Positions 8,036 to 15,050 of a stretch of DNA of 28,745 nucleotides are shown here, in pieces (position 1 is the first letter of the stretch; each line of letters starts with the position of its first letter). The notes beneath the pieces were generated by a model, which was given only the letters and a program-made list of their open reading frames with translations, was not told the origin of the DNA and ran no database searches. The DNA comes from a virus (lineage: Duplodnaviria; Caudoviricetes), in the IMG/VR virus record IMGVR_UViG_3300021560_000059, positions 1 through 28,745 of that record; one strand, written 5' to 3'. The position numbers and the translations under genes are program-made.

Positions 8036-9097
8036 ATGGCCGAGGACGTTACAAACAACCCTCAAACATCGCAGGACGCCAAGCCAACGGATCTGGCTGA
8101 TTCCACCGAATTTGACTTGGATCAACTGCTCGCAGCGACCCCCGAATTTGCACACGTATTTGGGGATAAACCGGAAAAGCAGCCAACGACGGAGACGAAA
8201 AAGGAACCGTCTCCGACTGTCGAGGGGAAAACTGAATCTCCCGATGAGGTGCAACAGGATCTGATCAAGTTAGCTGAAGCGCTACCTTTGAGCGAGCCTG
8301 ACGCGAAACCGGAAGATCAGGACCAGACAAAACCAGAGGAGAAACCGGACAAGGACGCGGTCCAGAAACGGATTGACGAACTTACCGCGCGCCGCAAAAC
8401 CGCGGAGGAAAAAGCTGCTCAGCTTGAGAGCGAATTAAACGATCTTAAAGCGAAGCAGAATGCTCTTCCAACGATTGCGCCGAGCCCAAGTTCGCCGCTT
8501 GCAGACATCACCACATTTAAAGCCTTAGAGGAGAAAAAGAACGCCGCTATGGTTGCTCGCCGTTGGGCTCAGCAAAACTGGGACGGTGGCGAGATTGATG
8601 TAGGTGACGGCAAGACCCAAATTATGGAAGCGCAAACCGTACGAATGATCTACGCGAAAGCGGACGATCTTGTGATGTCGGAGATTCCGAAACGCGCAGC
8701 GTTCTTGCAGGAAAAAGCCAAGTACGATCAACAGGCCAAGATTGTGTATCCCGGTTTGTTTCGTGCAGGCACGCAGGAACAACTTGAATATCACCAAAGC
8801 TTGCAGCTCGTGCCGCAACTAAACGACTGGGCTGATAACGCCTTGTTAGTCGGCGATATGCTTGTAGGACGCGCGATTCGACTTGCGAAAGCCAAGAATG
8901 CCGCAGCCGGCAACGGGCAAGTCCAACCTCCTCCTTTGCAAACGTCTAGACCATCGGCAGCACCTAAAGTTCCCCAATCGCGAGCGTTGAGTCAGGATGA
9001 AATACTTTCAATTGCCACGGACCCAGGCGGCGGCGCCTTCGACAAGTTCGTGAACAATCTGATTGAGGACGCCCAAGCGAAACGCTCCAAACGTTAA
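8036..9097 (+). CDS. Capsid scaffolding protein
   Basis: Acidic/Pro-rich disordered N-terminus and coiled coil VQKRIDELTARRKTAEEKAAQLESEL typical of podovirus scaffolds. Directly upstream of the capsid gene; ATG at 8036. Confidence 0.82.
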   Translation: MAEDVTNNPQTSQDAKPTDLADSTEFDLDQLLAATPEFAHVFGDKPEKQPTTETKKEPSPTVEGKTESPDEVQQDLIKLAEALPLSEPDAKPEDQDQTKPEEKPDKDAVQKRIDELTARRKTAEEKAAQLESELNDLKAKQNALPTIAPSPSSPLADITTFKALEEKKNAAMVARRWAQQNWDGGEIDVGDGKTQIMEAQTVRMIYAKADDLVMSEIPKRAAFLQEKAKYDQQAKIVYPGLFRAGTQEQLEYHQSLQLVPQLNDWADNALLVGDMLVGRAIRLAKAKNAAAGNGQVQPPPLQTSRPSAAPKVPQSRALSQDEILSIATDPGGGAFDKFVNNLIEDAQAKRSKR

Positions 9098-9113
9098 TTG
9101 AGGTTGTTGTTAT

Positions 9114-10127
9114 ATGGCAGGTCTTTTAGAGCCCAGCCAGGTGGGCAAGCGTGAGGATTTCGCTGACATCCTGGCCATGGTAGACATGAAGAACACGCCG
9201 TTTACGTCGGCGTGTCCAAAAGGAAGTGAACCAGCAAACACCATTTTCGACTGGCTCATGGATGCATATGATGCACCAGTTCTTGGCGGTGTGATCGATG
9301 GCGTCGACGTCCAGACTACGGATTTCGTCAATCCGGCGTCACAACGCGCGAAGGGACACGGGCGAATTCAGAAATTTCGCAAGAGCTTCTTCATCTCGGA
9401 TTTCGCACAGAATGTGTCCGATGTTGCTGGGGTAGGAAAACGCGGTGAGTTAGCTAGGGCGATCAAGAAAGTTATCATTGAGCTTAAACGTTCGATGGAA
9501 GCGACTTTCTGTGCGGATCAGGATTCGCAAGCTGATAATGGCACCACTAACGCGTATCTAACGCGCGGACTCGGGACGTGGATTACCAACACGGCACAAG
9601 GTGATTTGCCCGTGCCTGCGGCGTTTCTGACGCCCGCTGCTAGCATCATTTCGATGACGACCGCGACGATGTTGGAAGACGACGTCAACGGCATCATGGA
9701 AAGTTGTTACAATCAGACCGGTGAGCAGACCGATTTCGATTTGATCTGCGGCACCGCTTTGAAGAAACGCTTCTCGAGCTATGCCGCCTGGGTGCCAGCC
9801 GCAGTATCCACCGTGCCACTCCGTAGGTTCAACCAAGACGCATCCACGCATACCATAACAAATTATGTGGACGTGTGGCAGGGCGATTTCGGCAGTGTAA
9901 AACTCATCTTGAGTTTGTTCCTGGCGCAAAATTCTGGCGTCGCAAACGTGAAATCAGGACGTGGGTATTTGCTCGACTGGGATGACATCGAATTGAGATA
10001 CAATCGCCAACCGGGCTACAATGAACTGCCCAATATGGGCGGCGGTCCTCGCGGCTACGTTGACGCGGTCGCGGGTCTTGCGGTGTACAACCCGCTTGGT
10101 TTTTGTAAGATAAGTCCCACGGCCTGA
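9114..10127 (+). CDS. Major capsid protein (HK97 fold, DUF5309/SU10-like)
   Basis: GKREDFADIL..NTPFTS..FDWLMD N-terminal pattern, ELKRSME, YVDVWQGDFG; 337 aa; follows scaffold. Confidence 0.9.
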   Translation: MAGLLEPSQVGKREDFADILAMVDMKNTPFTSACPKGSEPANTIFDWLMDAYDAPVLGGVIDGVDVQTTDFVNPASQRAKGHGRIQKFRKSFFISDFAQNVSDVAGVGKRGELARAIKKVIIELKRSMEATFCADQDSQADNGTTNAYLTRGLGTWITNTAQGDLPVPAAFLTPAASIISMTTATMLEDDVNGIMESCYNQTGEQTDFDLICGTALKKRFSSYAAWVPAAVSTVPLRRFNQDASTHTITNYVDVWQGDFGSVKLILSLFLAQNSGVANVKSGRGYLLDWDDIELRYNRQPGYNELPNMGGGPRGYVDAVAGLAVYNPLGFCKISPTA

Positions 10128-10197
10128 GGCACTTACGAATAATCTGTACGGGCAGATATTAAAGATGTCCCCAACTGTACCGTTAATCAATCAGTAT

Positions 10198-10824
10198 ATG
10201 AAAAATGTATTGATTGATTTAACGGGACAGACATTTGGAAAACTCAAGGTTCTAGGGATAGCGGTGCGAGCAGGAAGAAATTCGCGAGGACACGCTACTC
10301 CTACTAAATGGCAATGCCTATGCGATTGCGGAAAGGAATCGGTGGTTGCCGGAAAGGATCTTCGCAACGGGCGAACCCGTTCTTGCGGTTGCCTTCGAGC
10401 GGATTCCATGCGCGCTTCGTTTCGGACACATGGAGAGGGCTCATACAAGTTTTACACTCCTGAATACTCAGCGTGGCAGTCCATGCGTGGTCGTTGCTTG
10501 AATCCAAACAACACGAAATATTATTGCTACGGGGCAAGAGGAATCAAGGTATGCGAGCGATGGAATAGCTACGAGAATTTTCTCCAAGACATGGGAAGGA
10601 AACCTGATAAGCGGTATTCATTGGATCGCATAAATGTAAACGGAGACTATGAACCATCGAATTGTCGATGGCTTGACCCAGAAGGGCAGTATTGGAATCG
10701 GCAAGGTTCTTTGGCTGAATTGTTTATTGCCGTAGCTCGAAACACGTTGCCAGATGAAATGTTTAACGCGTTGTGGCTAGAAGCGCTAAAGCTTCAGGAA
10801 GAGAGGATCGCATGTCCAACATAA
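10198..10824 (+). CDS. Free-standing HNH homing endonuclease with N-terminal Cys-rich domain
   Basis: DLTGQTFGKLKV, WQCLCDCG, SCGC, WQSMRGRC, YGARGIKVCERW, SLDRINVNGDYEPSNCRW. More AT-rich than flanks. Alternative start at 10165. Confidence 0.9.
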   Translation: MKNVLIDLTGQTFGKLKVLGIAVRAGRNSRGHATPTKWQCLCDCGKESVVAGKDLRNGRTRSCGCLRADSMRASFRTHGEGSYKFYTPEYSAWQSMRGRCLNPNNTKYYCYGARGIKVCERWNSYENFLQDMGRKPDKRYSLDRINVNGDYEPSNCRWLDPEGQYWNRQGSLAELFIAVARNTLPDEMFNALWLEALKLQEERIACPT

Positions 10825-11168
10825 CGGGCTGGGAACAGTTCAGCGCTGACCTGGCCCGTGTTCACGGCGAAGGCTTTTTGAACGATTTCTGCAAAAGCAT
10901 TCTCGATGAACACGAGGCTGAGAAGGAGATGATCTACGCTCGGCAGCAACGGATCGCTGCGGCGACTGAGCGCCTGGAAGAATGCTGGCTCGATGGTATG
11001 GGCGAGTGCCATATGCGCCTCGACGCTGACGTCTACTGGCACTGGGTCCGCCGCGAAGGGCGCCAGATATGGAACGATAAGGATTTTATCAAGAAATTTA
11101 AACGCGATAATAAAGATGTTATTGTTAAAGCCAAATCGCGTAAAACCATGGTCGGTTACAGCACATGA
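10812..11168 (+). CDS. Hypothetical head-module protein
   Basis: GAGAGGA before ATG 10812; YWHW..EG..IWNDKDFIKKFKRDN; coupled to the next gene by ATGA. Confidence 0.75.
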   Translation: MSNITGWEQFSADLARVHGEGFLNDFCKSILDEHEAEKEMIYARQQRIAAATERLEECWLDGMGECHMRLDADVYWHWVRREGRQIWNDKDFIKKFKRDNKDVIVKAKSRKTMVGYST

Positions 11169-12031
11169 ATCCGCCCGTAACAACGCAACGAATCCTCTAT
11201 GATGTCTGCCGCCGTTCGGGTTTGGTGCCGACAGGTCCGAACACAAACCTGGATCCAGATAAGGCCTACGAAATCTTGGGTTATATGGATGACCGATTGC
11301 GCGAAGCTTGGGAGCTCTACGATTTCGTTGAAACCTGTTTCTGCGAACAGCGCGCGTTTGCTCCGGACTTTGATCCGAACGTATGCTACGCCCAAGGCGA
11401 CATCGTCTGGGATTCGTGCTCTGGGCAGTATTACCAGGCACTCGCGCAGACGATCGGCGGTCCGGTATCAAACGAAACCTTTTGGGCGCCGAATCCAAAT
11501 GTCGCAATACGGTGGATTCCCTATTGGCAGGACGGGCATACGCCCATCGGCACGTGTTACAGTGCTTGGACCAAAAACCCGTACGAAGACAAATCCCGCG
11601 TCCGACTCCGATTCCTGGCATCGTCGCGCGGTCTAGAGTTCACAACCACGTCAACCAGCAACATCGTCTGGTTGGTCTTTCGTATTCCGTACCCAGGTCT
11701 GGCCCGCGCAGAATGGGACCCCACTCTTACCTACGCAAAAGGCGATGCGGCACTTGATGGTATGGATACCTACATTTGCTCCGTAGAAGGTACCATCGGT
11801 TTGCAACCGAGCCTTACGCCAGCCAATTGGACGCAGTTCCGTATTCCGTACCCGTTCAGCCGATTCGTCGCGCAAGCTGCCTTCTCCGATACCCTGGTTA
11901 CCGAGGGGCAAAACGAGAAAGCGCCAGGCGAGCTCGGGAAAGCATACGGTTATTTGCAAGCCGCGATTGATCAACAAGACCTTCAGCAGGGATTACTCGA
12001 AACCTGGGAAGGCTACTCAACTTTATCATGA
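11165..12031 (+). CDS. Head-tail adaptor / tail tubular protein A-like with two CBM5/12-like inserts
   Basis: Helical N-terminus (RLREAWELYDF) and C-terminus (DTLVTEGQNEKA) plus position. Inserts FDPNVCYAQGDIVW..YYQAL..W and WDPTLTYAKGD..YIC..P..W. Confidence 0.65.
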   Translation: MNPPVTTQRILYDVCRRSGLVPTGPNTNLDPDKAYEILGYMDDRLREAWELYDFVETCFCEQRAFAPDFDPNVCYAQGDIVWDSCSGQYYQALAQTIGGPVSNETFWAPNPNVAIRWIPYWQDGHTPIGTCYSAWTKNPYEDKSRVRLRFLASSRGLEFTTTSTSNIVWLVFRIPYPGLARAEWDPTLTYAKGDAALDGMDTYICSVEGTIGLQPSLTPANWTQFRIPYPFSRFVAQAAFSDTLVTEGQNEKAPGELGKAYGYLQAAIDQQDLQQGLLETWEGYSTLS

Positions 12032-12044
12032 ACCCTCGAACACT

Positions 12045-12473
12045 ATGACAGATGCCCCTTTAATCGGCTCGGTCGGCTTGTGGTACGCCTACCTGGCTCC
12101 GCAGATTTATTCCGGCGACGGTAACGAGTATCAACTTGATCTCGTCAATGCTGGATCCCTTGGAAATACGAGTCTTTTTACCGAGGCTCCAAATGGCGTT
12201 GCCTTGACTCATCGCTCGGTCGTGCATGTCGATGTCCATGGCAGTTGCGAGCATGAGGTGGCGATCGAGCGCACGCTTGAGGTGCAGCTAGATAAAGGAT
12301 CTAGCGGCGGCTTGATGCCGCGCGGACAATCGATCTTCGTTGCAGGCGAGGGGAATGCTTTCTATATCGGCTTGTTGGAAGCGGGTCACATTATCCGCGT
12401 CGCCGTGAGCGCGCCAGGTGATCAAGTCGAGATTACCGGCGGTTACATTTCGGTGAGCGCAATACCGGTTTAA
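12045..12473 (+). CDS. Hypothetical beta-rich protein, probable virion component
   Basis: ATG at 12045, in frame with track ORF 11967; alternating hydrophobic strands (LEAGHIIRVAV, GYISV). Confidence 0.6.
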   Translation: MTDAPLIGSVGLWYAYLAPQIYSGDGNEYQLDLVNAGSLGNTSLFTEAPNGVALTHRSVVHVDVHGSCEHEVAIERTLEVQLDKGSSGGLMPRGQSIFVAGEGNAFYIGLLEAGHIIRVAVSAPGDQVEITGGYISVSAIPV

Positions 12474-12478
12474 AGCTT

Positions 12479-12628
12479 ATGCCACTGACCAAAAAAGGTA
12501 AAACTATTTTAAAAAGTATGCGCGATACGTATGGCGATCGCGCGGAAAACGTTTTCTATGCCAGCATAAATGCAGGCAAAATCAAAGGCGCCGAAAAGAA
12601 AGGTGCAGAGAAAGGAAAGAAGAAATAA
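12479..12628 (+). CDS. Small Lys-rich basic protein (49 aa, not in ORF track)
   Basis: MPLTKKGKTILKSMRDTYGDRAENVFYASINAGKIKGAEKKGAEKGKKK*. The MPLTxKG..YG..VFYAS pattern recalls small basic phage proteins; fills the gap exactly. Confidence 0.8.
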   Translation: MPLTKKGKTILKSMRDTYGDRAENVFYASINAGKIKGAEKKGAEKGKKK

Positions 12629-12780
12629 TGGCTAACATGGCTCCCAAAAACCAAGATCCGAAAGCGGCAAAGTACAGTCCGCCGCCAAAGAAGAACCCAA
12701 CAAACAAAAACGTTGCTGGGAAAACGCCTCCGCAAGGTCGCAAGAGTCCAGGCACGTCACCAAAGAAAATGCCGTGCTAA
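12628..12780 (+). CDS. Small Lys/Pro-rich disordered peptide (50 aa, not in ORF track)
   Basis: MANMAPKNQDPKAAKYSPPPKKNPTNKNVAGKTPPQGRKSPGTSPKKMPC*. TAATG overlap upstream; stop 1 nt before the endolysin ATG. Confidence 0.7.
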   Translation: MANMAPKNQDPKAAKYSPPPKKNPTNKNVAGKTPPQGRKSPGTSPKKMPC

Positions 12781-12781
12781 A

Positions 12782-13378
12782 ATGAATCCCAAGCGCATAG
12801 CTATGGGACGCGAGATTGTGCGGTTCGAAGGCCGATACAAGGATAAGAAACTGCAAATCTACTATTTACCTGTCGGCGACGGAGGTGGCGCTTTCGAAAT
12901 AGCCGGTATCAATGATCGGTACCATCCTGAAAAGGCCAGCGAACTTCGGGACCTTATCGAGCAGGGGCAACATACGGAGGCTGAAGATGCCGCCGCTGCT
13001 TATATCGAACAGTACACAAGGCCCGTGCTGAAGTTCTTCCCTTCTCCGGAAGCGGCAGAGGCCAATCCCGCAATCGAATTCGTGTTGCGAGATTGTTGTT
13101 TCAATCGCGGCTTGAAAGGCGCCGCAACCATTCTCCAGATCGCGCTGAACGTGGATATCGACGGCATTGTCGGAGAAAATACGCGCGAGGAATTCGGGCA
13201 ACAGCTTTCTGATCCTGGCGCCCACTCCGTATTGGAAGAGATCACCGAAGCGCGCGAAACCTACGAACGCAACTCGTACCCGTGGAAAACAGGCAAACGG
13301 GATGAGAAAAGCAAATTCTGGAAAGGCCTAAACAACCGTTGGGCGCGGGCGCATACCAAGGCGCAAAACTTCGCATGA
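12782..13378 (+). CDS. Endolysin, glycoside hydrolase family 108-like with peptidoglycan-binding C-terminus
   Basis: FEGRY (catalytic Glu), DGGG..AGI, DCCFNRG, LQIALNVDIDGIVG, FWKGLNNR; ATG at 12782. Confidence 0.78.
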   Translation: MNPKRIAMGREIVRFEGRYKDKKLQIYYLPVGDGGGAFEIAGINDRYHPEKASELRDLIEQGQHTEAEDAAAAYIEQYTRPVLKFFPSPEAAEANPAIEFVLRDCCFNRGLKGAATILQIALNVDIDGIVGENTREEFGQQLSDPGAHSVLEEITEARETYERNSYPWKTGKRDEKSKFWKGLNNRWARAHTKAQNFA

Positions 13379-13379
13379 T

Positions 13380-15041
13380 ATGCCACGCTGGCGCTCAGCA
13401 GGAACATTAGATGAATCGCCCGTTTCGGTAGGCGACCAGACCTTTATCGGGATGGACATGCGCGCCCAAGATCCGGCGAGCATGAAACCAGGGTTTTATC
13501 GCGAAGGGTACAACGTCCGCTGCGACCCTGGTGGACTCGCGACGCGACGCGGAACACTTTGCCCGGGCGCGCTAAACGCGGTTGATTACGACACAATTTA
13601 CGGCACGGGCCTTTTCTCTAATCCAAACGGCCTTGAATGGCTTGCCGTGTGTGTATCCTCTGGCGTCTGGTTCGTTCGCGACGGCGAATACCCGCGCTTC
13701 CTTCCCTTGCCGGATACGGTCAGTTACCCGGTAGAATTCAGCCAAGCCTTCGATGTCTTTTTTATTTGGCGCGGACCGGATGTCGAACCTCTTCTCTGGC
13801 ACGGTGACTGGGCTGTCTACTGGGAAACATTCCCGGCTCCGCCAACGGGCAGCGGGCGATCCACGGTACCAAACGCCTATTACGCCGAAACAGCTAGCAA
13901 CCGCATGCTCGTCCCGTACGGTAAGGATCGCATTGCAGTGAGCGACATTGCATCATGGACCGCTTTTGATTGGACGCTCAACGATTTTCAAGTCAATCAG
14001 GGTGAGTCCGATGATCTCGTGCGCATCTTCCCGTGGCAGCAAGAAACGATCTTTTGTTTCAAACGCCACTCGATCTATCGCATCACGAATTTTGCCGGCG
14101 ACCTTTCGCAAGCCACACTAACGCGGCTTCCCGGCAGCATCGGCCTCGTTGGGCGCCACGCATGTTGCCAGGTATCAGGGACAATCTTTTTTATGTCGCA
14201 TTCGGGCGTGTTCACGATTGACCAGGAACTCGTCAATACGCCCGTGCCGAGCGAATTCCCGGTTTCCCAGCCGATTCGGCCTATTATCGATTCCATCAAC
14301 TGGAACGCGGCGAATCTGATCCGATGCGAGTATCGGCGCGATCGAGTCATTTTCGCTGTTCCGCTTAAAGATGCGGTTCGCTGCAATGCGGTGCTCGTCT
14401 TTAACATCGTAACCCAAGCTTGGGAATCGATCGACAGCTTCGCGAACCCTGACTTCAGGATAGATGATCTGCAGAAGATGGATTACAACGGTGAACGGCG
14501 CCTGTTCGCCATCGATCGCCAACTCGGCGTAATCTTGTTATTGGAAGCTGGGAAAACCGACCTGCTTGGGCAAACGTCCGATGACGAATACCAGATTCAG
14601 TCCGCGATCATGACACGCGGCTACCAAGGTCAAGCCTCGCGCAGCTTCTTTCGTCGATTCGACTTGGACGTTGCTTCGTGGAATCCGAAACTCACAGTTC
14701 GCTGTTACCCTGACGGGAACAATGCCAAGACGCTCATCTCGGAGAAAACAGCTGACCGCGCTCGATACGAGACGTTTATGCAGGCGCGGTGGAATACGAT
14801 GAATTCGAACGATGATCATGCTAACCCGCGTCGTGCAGATTACTCGGTCGCGTTGCCTGTCATGCTAGGTCCGCACGGGATTCAGATTGAGCGAAACGCA
14901 GAAACCACTGAACGTTACGCCGTCAATCTCAAGGCGCGCTACGTGCAGTTGAAGATCGAGAACAATCAGGGATATCTCAATATCCGCACCATTTCTCCAG
15001 ATTGTTATGAAGACCAGAGAGAACCGAGGCCACACACATAG
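13380..15041 (+). CDS. Tail nozzle / tubular protein B-like (P22 gp10-like beta-propeller)
   Basis: 553 aa, beta-rich; GDQTFIGM, IFCFKRHSIY, IFFMSHSGVF, VSQPIRPII, LVFNIVTQAWES; position before the fibre gene. Confidence 0.72.
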   Translation: MPRWRSAGTLDESPVSVGDQTFIGMDMRAQDPASMKPGFYREGYNVRCDPGGLATRRGTLCPGALNAVDYDTIYGTGLFSNPNGLEWLAVCVSSGVWFVRDGEYPRFLPLPDTVSYPVEFSQAFDVFFIWRGPDVEPLLWHGDWAVYWETFPAPPTGSGRSTVPNAYYAETASNRMLVPYGKDRIAVSDIASWTAFDWTLNDFQVNQGESDDLVRIFPWQQETIFCFKRHSIYRITNFAGDLSQATLTRLPGSIGLVGRHACCQVSGTIFFMSHSGVFTIDQELVNTPVPSEFPVSQPIRPIIDSINWNAANLIRCEYRRDRVIFAVPLKDAVRCNAVLVFNIVTQAWESIDSFANPDFRIDDLQKMDYNGERRLFAIDRQLGVILLLEAGKTDLLGQTSDDEYQIQSAIMTRGYQGQASRSFFRRFDLDVASWNPKLTVRCYPDGNNAKTLISEKTADRARYETFMQARWNTMNSNDDHANPRRADYSVALPVMLGPHGIQIERNAETTERYAVNLKARYVQLKIENNQGYLNIRTISPDCYEDQREPRPHT

Positions 15042-15050
15042 GAGGACACA

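Noticed and set aside
10128-10824. Group I intron around the HNH gene
   Set aside because: The capsid ORF ends normally before it, the next gene has its own RBS, and the flanks are too short for an intron core.
10794-11621. 275-aa minus-strand ORF (and the many other antisense or alternate-frame track ORFs)
   Set aside because: Shadows of well-supported + strand genes; Arg/Pro/Ser-rich with no recognisable motifs.
12713-12781. Track's extended basic N-terminus for the endolysin
   Set aside because: The region is better explained by the 12628-12780 peptide in another frame; ATG 12782 is the likely start.
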